Of a stretch of DNA of 64,000 nt, positions 18,477 through 29,763 are shown in pieces. Where the stretch lies: the NCBI RefSeq assembly GCF_044324875.1, contig NZ_CP172185.1; one strand, 5' to 3'. The DNA comes from Escherichia coli. Its GTDB lineage: Bacteria; Pseudomonadota; Gammaproteobacteria; Enterobacterales; Enterobacteriaceae. The translations under genes and the position numbers were made by a program. Position 1 is the first letter of the stretch. The number at the start of each line of letters is the position of its first letter. The notes under the pieces are model-generated. The model was not told the DNA's origin. It saw only the letters and a list, made by a program, of their open reading frames with translations, and did no database searches.

Positions 18477-19811
18477 ATGAGTTCTGCCAAGAAGATCGGG
18501 CTATTTGCCTGTACCGGTGTTGTTGCCGGTAATATGATGGGGAGCGGTATTGCATTATTACCTGCGAACCTAGCAAGTATCGGTGGTATTGCTATCTGGG
18601 GTTGGATTATCTCTATTATTGGTGCAATGTCGCTGGCGTATGTATATGCCCGACTGGCAACAAAAAACCCGCAACAAGGTGGCCCAATTGCTTATGCCGG
18701 AGAAATTTCCCCTGCATTTGGTTTTCAGACAGGTGTTCTTTATTACCATGCTAACTGGATTGGTAACCTGGCGATTGGTATTACCGCTGTATCTTATCTT
18801 TCCACCTTCTTCCCAGTATTAAATGATCCTGTTCCGGCGGGTATCGCCTGTATTGCTATCGTCTGGGTATTTACCTTTGTAAATATGCTCGGCGGTACCT
18901 GGGTAAGCCGTTTAACCACTATTGGTCTGGTGCTGGTTCTTATTCCTGTGGTAATGACTGCTATTGTTGGCTGGCATTGGTTTGATGCTGCGACTTATGC
19001 TGCTAACTGGAATACTGCGGATACCACCGATGGTCATGCGATCATTAAAAGTATTCTGCTCTGCCTGTGGGCCTTCGTGGGTGTTGAATCCGCAGCTGTA
19101 AGTACTGGTATGGTTAAAAACCCGAAACGTACCGTTCCGCTGGCAACCATGCTGGGTACTGGTTTAGCAGGTATTGTTTATATCGCTGCGACTCAGGTGC
19201 TTTCCGGTATGTATCCGTCTTCTGTAATGGCAGCTTCCGGTGCTCCGTTTGCAATCAGTGCTTCAACTATCCTCGGTAATTGGGCTGCGCCGCTGGTTTC
19301 TGCATTCACCGCCTTTGCGTGCCTGACCTCTCTGGGCTCCTGGATGATGTTGGTAGGCCAGGCAGGTGTACGTGCCGCTAACGACGGTAACTTCCCGAAA
19401 GTTTATGGTGAAGTCGACAGCAACGGTATTCCGAAAAAAGGTCTGCTGCTGGCTGCAGTGAAAATGACTGCCCTGATGATCCTCATCACTCTGATGAACT
19501 CTGCCGGTGGTAAAGCATCTGACCTGTTCGGTGAACTGACCGGTATCGCAGTACTGCTGACTATGCTGCCGTACTTCTACTCTTGCGTTGACCTGATTCG
19601 TTTTGAAGGCGTTAACATCCGCAACTTTGTCAGCCTGATCTGCTCTGTACTGGGTTGCGTGTTCTGCTTCATCGCGCTGATGGGCGCAAGCTCCTTCGAG
19701 CTGGCAGGTACCTTCATCGTCAGCCTGATTATCCTGATGTTCTACGCTCGCAAAATGCACGAGCGCCAGAGCCACTCAATGGATAACCACACAGCGTCTA
19801 ACGCACATTAA
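18477..19811 (+). CDS. cadB: Lysine:cadaverine antiporter
   Basis: 444 aa APC-family transporter matching CadB. Confidence 0.95.
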   Translation: MSSAKKIGLFACTGVVAGNMMGSGIALLPANLASIGGIAIWGWIISIIGAMSLAYVYARLATKNPQQGGPIAYAGEISPAFGFQTGVLYYHANWIGNLAIGITAVSYLSTFFPVLNDPVPAGIACIAIVWVFTFVNMLGGTWVSRLTTIGLVLVLIPVVMTAIVGWHWFDAATYAANWNTADTTDGHAIIKSILLCLWAFVGVESAAVSTGMVKNPKRTVPLATMLGTGLAGIVYIAATQVLSGMYPSSVMAASGAPFAISASTILGNWAAPLVSAFTAFACLTSLGSWMMLVGQAGVRAANDGNFPKVYGEVDSNGIPKKGLLLAAVKMTALMILITLMNSAGGKASDLFGELTGIAVLLTMLPYFYSCVDLIRFEGVNIRNFVSLICSVLGCVFCFIALMGASSFELAGTFIVSLIILMFYARKMHERQSHSMDNHTASNAH

Positions 19812-19890
19812 TTAAAAGTATTTTCCGAGGCTCCTCCTTTCATTTTGTCCCATGTGTTGGGAGGGGCCTTTTTTACCTGGAGATATGACT

Positions 19891-22038
19891 ATGAACGTTA
19901 TTGCAATATTGAATCACATGGGGGTTTATTTTAAAGAAGAACCCATCCGTGAACTTCATCGCGCGCTTGAACGTCTGAACTTCCAGATTGTTTACCCGAA
20001 CGACCGTGACGACTTATTAAAACTGATCGAAAACAATGCGCGTCTGTGCGGCGTTATTTTTGACTGGGATAAATATAATCTCGAGCTGTGCGAAGAAATT
20101 AGCAAAATGAACGAGAACCTGCCGTTGTACGCGTTCGCTAATACGTATTCCACTCTCGATGTAAGCCTGAATGACCTGCGTTTACAGATTAGCTTCTTTG
20201 AGTATGCGCTGGGTGCTGCTGAAGATATTGCTAATAAGATCAAGCAGACCACTGACGAATATATCAACACTATTCTGCCTCCGCTGACTAAAGCACTGTT
20301 TAAATATGTTCGTGAAGGTAAATATACTTTCTGTACTCCTGGTCACATGGGCGGTACTGCATTCCAGAAAAGCCCGGTAGGTAGCCTGTTCTATGATTTC
20401 TTTGGTCCGAACACCATGAAATCTGATATTTCCATTTCAGTATCTGAACTGGGTTCTCTGCTGGATCACAGTGGTCCACACAAAGAAGCAGAACAGTATA
20501 TCGCTCGCGTCTTTAACGCAGACCGCAGCTACATGGTGACCAACGGTACTTCCACTGCGAACAAAATTGTTGGTATGTACTCTGCTCCGGCAGGCAGCAC
20601 CATTCTGATTGACCGTAACTGCCACAAATCGCTGACCCACCTGATGATGATGAGCGATGTTACGCCAATCTATTTCCGCCCGACCCGTAACGCTTACGGT
20701 ATTCTTGGTGGTATCCCACAGAGTGAATTCCAGCACGCTACCATTGCTAAGCGTGTGAAAGAAACACCAAACGCAACCTGGCCGGTACATGCCGTAATTA
20801 CTAACTCTACCTATGATGGTCTGCTGTACAACACCGACTTCATCAAGAAAACACTGGATGTGAAATCCATCCACTTTGACTCCGCGTGGGTGCCTTACAC
20901 CAACTTCTCACCGATTTACGAAGGTAAATGCGGTATGAGCGGTGGCCGTGTAGAAGGGAAAGTGATTTACGAAACCCAGTCCACTCACAAACTGCTGGCG
21001 GCGTTCTCTCAGGCTTCCATGATCCACGTTAAAGGTGACGTAAACGAAGAAACCTTTAACGAAGCCTACATGATGCACACCACCACTTCTCCGCACTACG
21101 GTATCGTGGCGTCCACTGAAACCGCTGCGGCGATGATGAAAGGTAATGCTGGTAAGCGTCTGATCAACGGTTCCATTGAACGTGCGATCAAATTCCGTAA
21201 AGAGATCAAACGCCTGAGAACGGAATCTGATGGCTGGTTCTTTGATGTATGGCAGCCGGATCATATCGATACGACTGAATGCTGGCCGCTGCGTTCTGAC
21301 AGCACCTGGCACGGCTTCAAAAACATCGATAACGAGCACATGTATCTTGACCCGATCAAAGTCACCCTGCTGACTCCGGGGATGGAAAAAGACGGCACCA
21401 TGAGCGACTTTGGTATTCCGGCCAGCATCGTGGCGAAATACCTCGACGAACATGGCATCGTTGTTGAGAAAACCGGTCCGTATAACCTGCTGTTCCTGTT
21501 CAGCATCGGTATCGATAAGACCAAAGCACTGAGCCTGCTGCGTGCTCTGACAGACTTCAAACGTGCGTTCGATCTGAACCTGCGTGTGAAAAACATGCTG
21601 CCGTCTCTGTATCGTGAAGATCCTGAATTCTATGAAAACATGCGTATTCAGGAACTGGCTCAGAATATCCACAAACTGATTGTTCACCACAATCTGCCGG
21701 ATCTGATGTATCGCGCATTTGAAGTTCTGCCGACCATGGTAATGACTCCGTATGCTGCGTTCCAGAAAGAGCTGCACGGTATGACCGAAGAAGTTTACCT
21801 CGACGAAATGGTAGGTCGTATTAACGCCAATATGATCCTTCCGTATCCGCCGGGAGTTCCTCTGGTAATGCCGGGTGAAATGATCACCGAAGAAAGCCGT
21901 CCGGTTCTGGAGTTCCTGCAGATGCTGTGTGAAATCGGCGCTCACTATCCGGGCTTTGAAACCGATATTCACGGTGCATACCGTCAGGCTGATGGCCGCT
22001 ATACCGTTAAGGTATTGAAAGAAGAAAGCAAAAAATAA
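19891..22038 (+). CDS. cadA: Inducible lysine decarboxylase
   Basis: Start trimmed to MNVIAILNHMGVYF; 715 aa. Confidence 0.95.
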   Translation: MNVIAILNHMGVYFKEEPIRELHRALERLNFQIVYPNDRDDLLKLIENNARLCGVIFDWDKYNLELCEEISKMNENLPLYAFANTYSTLDVSLNDLRLQISFFEYALGAAEDIANKIKQTTDEYINTILPPLTKALFKYVREGKYTFCTPGHMGGTAFQKSPVGSLFYDFFGPNTMKSDISISVSELGSLLDHSGPHKEAEQYIARVFNADRSYMVTNGTSTANKIVGMYSAPAGSTILIDRNCHKSLTHLMMMSDVTPIYFRPTRNAYGILGGIPQSEFQHATIAKRVKETPNATWPVHAVITNSTYDGLLYNTDFIKKTLDVKSIHFDSAWVPYTNFSPIYEGKCGMSGGRVEGKVIYETQSTHKLLAAFSQASMIHVKGDVNEETFNEAYMMHTTTSPHYGIVASTETAAAMMKGNAGKRLINGSIERAIKFRKEIKRLRTESDGWFFDVWQPDHIDTTECWPLRSDSTWHGFKNIDNEHMYLDPIKVTLLTPGMEKDGTMSDFGIPASIVAKYLDEHGIVVEKTGPYNLLFLFSIGIDKTKALSLLRALTDFKRAFDLNLRVKNMLPSLYREDPEFYENMRIQELAQNIHKLIVHHNLPDLMYRAFEVLPTMVMTPYAAFQKELHGMTEEVYLDEMVGRINANMILPYPPGVPLVMPGEMITEESRPVLEFLQMLCEIGAHYPGFETDIHGAYRQADGRYTVKVLKEESKK

Positions 22039-22051
22039 TTAGCTCGTACAA

Positions 22052-22079
22052 GGGAAGTGGCTTGCCACTTCCCTTTTTT
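22052..22079 (+). terminator. Rho-independent terminator after cadA
   Basis: GGGAAGTGGC..GCCACTTCCC stem followed by TTTTTT. Confidence 0.6.
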
Positions 22080-22096
22080 GCTCATAAGGAGAACAC

Positions 22097-23554
22097 ATGA
22101 AAACACCCTCACAGCCGCGCGCGATATACTATATCGTGGCGATCCAAATCTGGGAGTACTTCAGTTTTTACGGCATGCGTGCCTTACTCATTCTCTATCT
22201 CACCCATCAGCTTGGTTTTGATGATAACCATGCCATCAGCCTGTTCAGCGCATATGCATCTCTGGTTTACGTTACCCCTATTCTCGGCGGCTGGCTTGCC
22301 GACCGCCTGCTCGGCAACCGCACTGCAGTGATTGCCGGCGCGCTGTTAATGACCCTTGGCCATGTGGTGCTGGGCATTGATACAAATTCAACTTTTAGCC
22401 TGTATCTGGCGCTGGCAATCATTATTTGTGGCTACGGTTTATTCAAATCAAACATCAGCTGTTTGCTTGGCGAGCTCTACGACGAGAACGATCATCGACG
22501 TGATGGCGGTTTTTCGCTGCTGTATGCTGCGGGCAATATCGGTTCTATCGCAGCCCCAATCGCCTGCGGCCTGGCTGCTCAGTGGTATGGATGGCATGTT
22601 GGCTTTGCCCTTGCGGGTGGCGGCATGTTTATCGGTTTGTTGATTTTCTTAAGCGGTCATCGTCATTTCCAGTCCACGCGTAGTATGGATAAAAAAGCTC
22701 TAACAAGCGTTAAATTTGCCTTACCAGTATGGAGCTGGTTAGTGGTGATGCTCTGTTTAGCCCCTGTATTTTTTACCCTGCTGCTGGAGAACGACTGGTC
22801 AGGATATTTGCTGGCGATCGTTTGCCTCATTGCCGCACAAATCATTGCCCGCATGATGATCAAATTCCCCGAACACCGCCGTGCTCTTTGGCAAATTGTA
22901 TTGTTGATGTTTGTCGGGACATTGTTCTGGGTACTGGCACAACAGGGCGGCAGTACCATCAGCCTGTTTATCGATCGATTTGTGAATCGTCAGGCATTCA
23001 ATATTGAAGTACCTACTGCACTATTCCAGTCGGTGAACGCAATTGCGGTGATGCTCGCTGGGGTTGTACTTGCCTGGCTGGCATCGCCAGAAAGCCACGG
23101 TAACTCAACATTGCGCGTCTGGCTGAAGTTTGCCTTTGGTTTACTGCTGATGGCTTGTGGCTTTATGTTGCTGGCATTTGATGCCCGACATGCAGCGGCT
23201 GACGGTCAAGCGTCAATGGGCGTGATGATATCCGGGCTGGCGCTAATGGGCTTTGCCGAACTCTTTATTGACCCGGTGGCGATTGCGCAAATCACGCGTC
23301 TGAAAATGTCTGGCGTATTAACCGGTATTTATATGCTGGCAACAGGCGCGGTCGCCAACTGGCTGGCAGGCGTCGTGGCACAGCAGACGACAGAGTCGCA
23401 AATTAGCGGTATGGCAATTGCCGCTTACCAGCGATTCTTTTCTCAAATGGGAGAGTGGACGTTGGCTTGTGTCGCGATCATCGTGGTATTGGCCTTTGCT
23501 GCCCGTTTTCTGTTTAGCACGCCGACAAATATGATACAGGAGAGCAACGATTAA
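22097..23554 (+). CDS. dtpC: Dipeptide/tripeptide:H+ symporter DtpC (YjdL)
   Basis: 485 aa POT-family transporter. Confidence 0.9.
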   Translation: MKTPSQPRAIYYIVAIQIWEYFSFYGMRALLILYLTHQLGFDDNHAISLFSAYASLVYVTPILGGWLADRLLGNRTAVIAGALLMTLGHVVLGIDTNSTFSLYLALAIIICGYGLFKSNISCLLGELYDENDHRRDGGFSLLYAAGNIGSIAAPIACGLAAQWYGWHVGFALAGGGMFIGLLIFLSGHRHFQSTRSMDKKALTSVKFALPVWSWLVVMLCLAPVFFTLLLENDWSGYLLAIVCLIAAQIIARMMIKFPEHRRALWQIVLLMFVGTLFWVLAQQGGSTISLFIDRFVNRQAFNIEVPTALFQSVNAIAVMLAGVVLAWLASPESHGNSTLRVWLKFAFGLLLMACGFMLLAFDARHAAADGQASMGVMISGLALMGFAELFIDPVAIAQITRLKMSGVLTGIYMLATGAVANWLAGVVAQQTTESQISGMAIAAYQRFFSQMGEWTLACVAIIVVLAFAARFLFSTPTNMIQESND

Positions 23555-23790
23555 CTGTCGTAAAAACAATTGGTTATGAATAAATTAACTTTCAGTTTAT
23601 CACACTAGCAAATCGAGATTAATAAGTCATTTAAACCATTTTTATGGTTATTTATTAGTGATATCAACTTGAGGTAAGCGTTAGTTTCGATAAGATAAAC
23701 TGAGTTATTAATAGTCGAGGCAGATAATACAGTGTACCGATCTGTCTCTTTATCTACGCTAAATTGAAAGCTGGATTTAGAGGAACCAAA

Positions 23791-25308
23791 ATGTCTGAAC
23801 GAGAAACACGGGGAGCCAATGAGGCTATTGATTTTAACGATGAACTGAGAAATCGCCGCGAAAAACTGGCGGCACTACGTCAGCAAGGTGTGGCGTTTCC
23901 CAATGATTTTCGCCGCGACCATACCTCTGACAAGTTGCACGAAGAGTTTGATGCGAAGGATAACCAGGAACTGGAATCCTTAAACATTGAAGTCTCGGTT
24001 GCTGGCCGAATGATGACCCGTCGTATCATGGGGAAAGCCTCCTTTGTAACGTTGCAGGATGTCGGTGGCCGTATTCAACTGTACGTTGCAAGAGATAGCC
24101 TGCCAGAAGGTGTTTATAACGATCAGTTTAAAAAATGGGATCTGGGTGACATTATCGGTGCCCGCGGTACGCTGTTTAAGACGCAAACCGGTGAGCTTTC
24201 CATTCACTGTACTGAGCTGCGCCTGCTGACTAAAGCACTACGTCCTTTACCAGATAAATTCCATGGTCTGCAGGATCAGGAAGTCCGTTATCGTCAACGT
24301 TATCTGGACCTCATCGCTAACGATAAATCCCGTCAAACGTTTGTTGTCCGTTCAAAAATTCTGGCCGCTATCCGTCAGTTCATGGTCGCGCGCGGCTTTA
24401 TGGAAGTAGAAACCCCGATGATGCAGGTAATTCCAGGTGGGGCATCTGCTCGCCCGTTTATTACCCATCATAACGCTCTGGATTTAGATATGTACCTGCG
24501 TATCGCGCCGGAGCTGTATCTGAAACGTCTGGTTGTAGGCGGTTTTGAACGGGTATTCGAAATCAACCGTAACTTCCGTAATGAAGGTATTTCTGTTCGC
24601 CATAATCCTGAGTTCACAATGATGGAACTCTACATGGCGTATGCGGATTACCACGATTTGATTGAACTGACGGAGTCCCTGTTCCGCACCCTGGCACAAG
24701 AGGTTCTTGGTACCACTAAAGTCACTTATGGCGAGCATGTGTTTGATTTCGGCAAACCGTTTGAAAAACTCACCATGCGCGAAGCAATCAAAAAATATCG
24801 TCCAGAAACCGATATGGCCGACCTGGATAATTTTGATGCTGCTAAAGCATTAGCTGAATCTATCGGAATTACGGTAGAGAAAAGCTGGGGTCTGGGACGT
24901 ATTGTTACGGAGATCTTTGATGAAGTGGCAGAAGCACATCTGATTCAGCCAACCTTTATTACGGAATATCCGGCAGAAGTGTCCCCGCTGGCGCGCCGTA
25001 ATGATGTTAACCCGGAAATCACCGACCGTTTTGAATTCTTCATCGGTGGTCGTGAAATCGGTAATGGTTTTAGCGAATTAAACGACGCAGAAGATCAGGC
25101 TGAACGTTTCCAGGAACAGGTTAACGCTAAAGCTGCAGGTGACGACGAAGCCATGTTCTATGACGAAGATTACGTGACTGCGCTGGAATATGGTCTGCCG
25201 CCAACCGCTGGTCTGGGTATTGGTATCGACCGAATGATTATGCTGTTTACAAACAGTCATACTATTCGCGACGTTATTCTCTTCCCGGCGATGCGCCCAC
25301 AGAAATAA
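23791..25308 (+). CDS. lysU: Lysyl-tRNA synthetase, inducible (LysU)
   Basis: Start trimmed from TTG to [11 protein letters not shown]; 505 aa class II aaRS; lysU rather than lysS by locus context. Confidence 0.9.
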   Translation: MSERETRGANEAIDFNDELRNRREKLAALRQQGVAFPNDFRRDHTSDKLHEEFDAKDNQELESLNIEVSVAGRMMTRRIMGKASFVTLQDVGGRIQLYVARDSLPEGVYNDQFKKWDLGDIIGARGTLFKTQTGELSIHCTELRLLTKALRPLPDKFHGLQDQEVRYRQRYLDLIANDKSRQTFVVRSKILAAIRQFMVARGFMEVETPMMQVIPGGASARPFITHHNALDLDMYLRIAPELYLKRLVVGGFERVFEINRNFRNEGISVRHNPEFTMMELYMAYADYHDLIELTESLFRTLAQEVLGTTKVTYGEHVFDFGKPFEKLTMREAIKKYRPETDMADLDNFDAAKALAESIGITVEKSWGLGRIVTEIFDEVAEAHLIQPTFITEYPAEVSPLARRNDVNPEITDRFEFFIGGREIGNGFSELNDAEDQAERFQEQVNAKAAGDDEAMFYDEDYVTALEYGLPPTAGLGIGIDRMIMLFTNSHTIRDVILFPAMRPQK

Positions 25309-25426
25309 ATTTCACTTAAATGAACGAAGCAGTCAGGCGACTGCTTCGTTCGTCGTTCCGCAAATCCAGTTATGAGGAGAGACGCTTCGTTTCAAGATAA
25401 CCAGCGGGTCCACTCAACTACAGCTC

Positions 25427-25600
25427 CTAAAAGAGAGAAAAAAGTAATGCCACAGGCAGACTCATTGGCCAGGTTATTCCGACCAGGAATGCACTAAGTA
25501 AACGAATATGTGTTTTCTCATGTGAGATAAACCAGATAATGACAAAGGATATGTTCACACCAATCACATAAAAAATTAATATTTTAGAGAATAGTGCCAT
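25427..25600 (-). CDS. ghoT: GhoT membrane-lytic toxin (57 aa); not in ORF track
   Basis: Manual translation MALFSKILIFYVIGVNISFVIIWFISHEKTHIRLLSAFLVGITWPMSLPVALLFSLF; downstream of ghoS. Confidence 0.8.
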   Translation of the reverse strand: MALFSKILIFYVIGVNISFVIIWFISHEKTHIRLLSAFLVGITWPMSLPVALLFSLF

Positions 25601-25627
25601 TTTTTATGTTCTTCTTATCCTTCCTGG

Positions 25628-25924
25628 CTACTTGTAAAACTGACGGAAATAGTCATCAACGGTCATAATGTTGAGGTCAAAATCAATATCCGGTAAGTCT
25701 AAGCATTTGAGCCTGATTAAATCTTCGATTTCACTTGCGGCTAATGATGTCGTTATTGCGAAGGAATTTTCATTCAATTGTCGTGGTATCCCATATTCAT
25801 CAGCCACGATAGAGGAGAAATTCATATCATACATCAATGATCTTAACCTTAAGAACACTGAGGAATAAGATGATGGATAATCAAAAGAAACAACATAAGT
25901 ATTGAACTTGTTTTTACCTTCCAT
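25628..25924 (-). CDS. ghoS: GhoS antitoxin (YjdK)
   Basis: 98 aa MEGKNKFNTYVVSFDYPSSY... Confidence 0.85.
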   Translation of the reverse strand: MEGKNKFNTYVVSFDYPSSYSSVFLRLRSLMYDMNFSSIVADEYGIPRQLNENSFAITTSLAASEIEDLIRLKCLDLPDIDFDLNIMTVDDYFRQFYK

Positions 25925-26151
25925 AATATGACTCCTATCAATTTTAAACGCTCTGGGGACGCAAAACTTATTAACCCCAATCGATGATTCTCATATAGGA
26001 GATATTCTTTTTTTTTGCTCAGTAAAGGGGATGACTTGGGACAAAAAAACGCTCTCTCTGCCCATTCTTTGTGCATCCCCCTACCCTTCAGATGCTCTCC
26101 TGCATCACACCGCGGAGAGCATGAAAAATATCGTGACTCTGTACTCTCCCA

Positions 26152-26424
26152 TCAACTGCGAATATCATCATACTCCCGCGTTTTATCAAATTCGTGTTTC
26201 GCAAATGGGCATAGTGGGATAATTTTTCGTTTTTCCCGACGCATTTTTTCCACGACTTTCGCAACCAGCTGTTTACCAATCCCCTGCCCTTTCAGGCTTT
26301 CATCGACATCGGTATGTTCGATAATCGCTAAATTCTCTCCGGTCGGCACAAAGACAATTTCAGCGATTTGCTTGCCTTGTTCGTCATTAATGTAAAATTT
26401 ATTGTGGCCTTCGCGTATTTCCAT
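26152..26424 (-). CDS. yjdJ: YjdJ, small GNAT-like protein
   Basis: 90 aa. Confidence 0.8.
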   Translation of the reverse strand: MEIREGHNKFYINDEQGKQIAEIVFVPTGENLAIIEHTDVDESLKGQGIGKQLVAKVVEKMRREKRKIIPLCPFAKHEFDKTREYDDIRS

Positions 26425-26435
26425 TTTACCCTCGC

Positions 26436-26666
26436 TTATTTATGACGGTATTTCAGCGCGCCGCTCGGGCACGTATCAATCACTTTAACCACAGTGGTGA
26501 CGTCAACTTCATCCGGCATGATCCACGGCTTTCGTTTGAGATTAAATAACTTGCCGTTGCCACGTACGCAATTGCCAGAATGCTGACATATCGCAGTGTT
26601 GAACCAGACATCGATCTTTTCGCCGGTATAGCAGCGATAACCACCGTCCAGTAGATCCTGATCCAT
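26436..26666 (-). CDS. yjdI: YjdI, small Cys-rich protein
   Basis: ORF 26436..26723; start trimmed to internal Met ([16 protein letters not shown]); the longer start is possible. Confidence 0.7.
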   Translation of the reverse strand: MDQDLLDGGYRCYTGEKIDVWFNTAICQHSGNCVRGNGKLFNLKRKPWIMPDEVDVTTVVKVIDTCPSGALKYRHK

Positions 26667-26845
26667 GACCTTCCCCCTCTCATCAGTATGGTTTTCGCAA
26701 TAAGCATAGCCCGGAATCTTCATACCGCACCGGCAGTTTCAGTTTCCTGAGCCTCTTCCCCTATATAGCCAATCATTCTTACTCCCTTTGAATTACCCGC
26801 CTCATCAGAGATAATGCTTAAGAAATTTGTCACACAAGGAAGCTG

Positions 26846-28477
26846 ATGAGACATTCATTGCCCTACCGCATGTTACGCAAACGTCCGATGAAATTGAGTA
26901 CCACAGTGATCTTAATGGTCAGCGCGGTACTGTTCTCGGTGCTATTGGTGGTGCATCTGATTTACTTCTCGCAAATCAGTGATATGACGCGAGACGGGCT
27001 AGCCAACAAGGCACTGGCGGTGGCGCGTACCCTCGCCGACTCGCCGGAAATCCGTCAGGGCTTGCAGAAAAAACCGCAGGAGAGCGGCATCCAGGCCATC
27101 GCGGAAGCCGTGCGCAAACGCAACGATCTGCTGTTTATTGTCGTTACCGATATGCAAAGTCTTCGCTACTCGCATCCTGAAGCCCAGCGTATTGGTCAGC
27201 CATTTAAAGGTGATGACATCCTTAAAGCGCTGAATGGCGAAGAAAATGTCGCTATCAATCGCGGTTTTCTGGCGCAGGCTTTACGCGTATTTACCCCCAT
27301 CTACGATGAAAATCATAAACAAATTGGCGTGGTGGCGATCGGCCTTGAGTTAAGTCGCGTGACCCAACAGATCAATGACAGTCGCTGGAGCATTATCTGG
27401 TCGGTATTATTTGGCATGCTGGTCGGACTGATCGGCACCTGCATTCTGGTTAAAGTACTGAAAAAAATTCTTTTTGGCCTGGAACCCTACGAAATCTCCA
27501 CGCTGTTTGAGCAACGCCAGGCCATGTTGCAGTCTATCAAAGAAGGCGTCGTTGCCGTGGACGATCGCGGCGAAGTCACGCTGATCAACGATGCCGCACA
27601 AGAATTGCTGAATTACCGTAAGTCGCAGGACGATGAGAAACTGTCGACGCTAAGCCACTCGTGGTCACAGGTAGTAGATGTCTCGGAAGTGTTACGCGAC
27701 GGTACCCCGCGCCGCGACGAAGAGATTACGATTAAAGACCGGCTATTACTGATCAACACCGTTCCGGTGCGCAGTAATGGCGTTATCATCGGTGCCATTT
27801 CAACCTTCAGAGACAAAACTGAAGTACGTAAACTGATGCAGCGACTCGACGGTCTGGTCAACTATGCTGACGCACTTCGTGAACGATCCCACGAATTTAT
27901 GAATAAATTGCACGTGATTCTCGGATTATTGCATCTGAAGAGTTATAAGCAGTTGGAAGATTACATTCTCAAAACAGCCAATAACTATCAGGAAGAGATT
28001 GGCTCTCTGCTGGGTAAGATCAAATCTCCGGTTATAGCTGGTTTTTTAATCAGCAAGATTAACCGCGCGACCGATTTAGGCCATACGCTGATTTTAAACA
28101 GTGAAAGCCAGCTGCCAGACAGCGGCAGTGAAGACCAGGTCGCGACGCTGATTACCACGTTGGGAAATCTGATAGAAAACGCGCTGGAAGCATTAGGGCC
28201 GGAACCCGGAGGCGAAATTAGCGTAACATTGCACTACCGTCACGGCTGGCTGCACTGTGAAGTTAATGATGATGGACCGGGGATCGCACCCGATAAAATC
28301 GATCACATTTTTGACAAAGGTGTCTCGACAAAAGGAAGCGAGCGAGGCGTCGGTTTAGCACTTGTCAAACAACAGGTAGAAAATCTCGGCGGCAGCATCG
28401 CCGTGGAATCGGAACCCGGGATTTTCACACAATTTTTTGTCCAGATACCCTGGGACGGGGAGAGGTCGAACAGATGA
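26846..28477 (+). CDS. dcuS: C4-dicarboxylate sensor histidine kinase
   Basis: 543 aa. Confidence 0.95.
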   Translation: MRHSLPYRMLRKRPMKLSTTVILMVSAVLFSVLLVVHLIYFSQISDMTRDGLANKALAVARTLADSPEIRQGLQKKPQESGIQAIAEAVRKRNDLLFIVVTDMQSLRYSHPEAQRIGQPFKGDDILKALNGEENVAINRGFLAQALRVFTPIYDENHKQIGVVAIGLELSRVTQQINDSRWSIIWSVLFGMLVGLIGTCILVKVLKKILFGLEPYEISTLFEQRQAMLQSIKEGVVAVDDRGEVTLINDAAQELLNYRKSQDDEKLSTLSHSWSQVVDVSEVLRDGTPRRDEEITIKDRLLLINTVPVRSNGVIIGAISTFRDKTEVRKLMQRLDGLVNYADALRERSHEFMNKLHVILGLLHLKSYKQLEDYILKTANNYQEEIGSLLGKIKSPVIAGFLISKINRATDLGHTLILNSESQLPDSGSEDQVATLITTLGNLIENALEALGPEPGGEISVTLHYRHGWLHCEVNDDGPGIAPDKIDHIFDKGVSTKGSERGVGLALVKQQVENLGGSIAVESEPGIFTQFFVQIPWDGERSNR

Positions 28478-29193
28478 TCAATGTATTAATTATCGATGAC
28501 GACGCAATGGTCGCGGAGCTGAATCGCCGATACGTAGCACAAATCCCAGGCTTTCAATGCTGTGGAACAGCCTCGACGCTGGAGAAAGCCAAAGAGATTA
28601 TCTTCAATAGCGATACGCCTATCGACCTGATATTGCTCGATATCTATATGCAAAAAGAGAACGGGCTCGATTTACTGCCTGTCCTGCATAACGCGCGTTG
28701 CAAAAGTGATGTGATTGTCATCTCCTCCGCAGCCGATGCGGCAACCATTAAAGATTCGCTGCATTACGGTGTCGTGGATTACCTGATCAAACCCTTCCAG
28801 GCTTCCCGCTTTGAAGAGGCGCTCACCGGCTGGCGGCAAAAGAAAATGGCGCTGGAAAAACATCAGTATTATGACCAGGCCGAGCTTGATCAGCTAATCC
28901 ACGGCAGCAGCTCCAACGAGCAGGATCCTCGTCGCTTGCCAAAAGGCTTAACGCCGCAGACGTTACGCACGCTGTGCCAGTGGATTGACGCGCATCAGGA
29001 CTATGAGTTTTCAACCGACGAGCTGGCTAACGAGGTTAACATTTCGCGTGTTTCCTGCCGTAAATACCTCATCTGGCTGGTCAACTGCCACATCTTGTTC
29101 ACCAGTATCCATTATGGCGTCACGGGGCGTCCGGTTTACCGTTACCGTATTCAGGCAGAACACTACTCACTGCTGAAACAATATTGCCAATAA
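28474..29193 (+). CDS. dcuR: C4-dicarboxylate response regulator
   Basis: 239 aa; 4-bp overlap with dcuS. Confidence 0.95.
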   Translation: MINVLIIDDDAMVAELNRRYVAQIPGFQCCGTASTLEKAKEIIFNSDTPIDLILLDIYMQKENGLDLLPVLHNARCKSDVIVISSAADAATIKDSLHYGVVDYLIKPFQASRFEEALTGWRQKKMALEKHQYYDQAELDQLIHGSSSNEQDPRRLPKGLTPQTLRTLCQWIDAHQDYEFSTDELANEVNISRVSCRKYLIWLVNCHILFTSIHYGVTGRPVYRYRIQAEHYSLLKQYCQ

Positions 29194-29763
29194 CGGATCG
29201 CTGGTTATCTGTAAGTAATAATTATTACTGTAATGCAAAATATTCCTGGCACAAGTTACATTCTTCATCAGTAAAACTTGTGCCAGATCAAATATAATTA
29301 TCCCTCCATCATCGTTAAAAATTAATATCTCTTCAGATGAACGGTGTTTTTAATTTCAAAACGCTAACAAAAGTTAATTAACTATTATGTCACCCGCATT
29401 ATGTGTATTTTTACCCACAAATGGGTAGATCAGATTAATCTATAAACCTAATGATATCTGCCCTGAGAACAAAAAATAGACCGATAAATATCAATAAGAT
29501 AACAGCAAACAAAACATTAACATCTGCGCAGTACAAACTATAAACCCATCGCCAGAGAGTTTTTCTCTCTGAAAAAGCCGCTTATCACAGTGCATAAATT
29601 TGCCGCTGCTTTAATCAGCCAATATTCACTGTGAGGTATTTGCTAAAGCCGGTAACGACCAAACGGATATTTAGTCAGGCTCTGAAAACAGTTCATACAA
29701 AACAGAACGTGACTGTGATCTATTCAGCAAAAATTTAAATAGGATTATCGCGAGGGTTCACAC

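Noticed and set aside
20908-21972. 354-aa minus-strand ORF inside cadA
   Set aside because: Antisense to a well-established gene; low-complexity translation.
29194-29763. 570-bp dcuR-dcuB intergenic region with a 12-bp inverted repeat (CCTGGCACAAGTT ... AACTTGTGCCAGA) as a candidate novel element
   Set aside because: This is the conserved long dcuB regulatory region in core sequence; nothing suggests novelty beyond the known promoter architecture.
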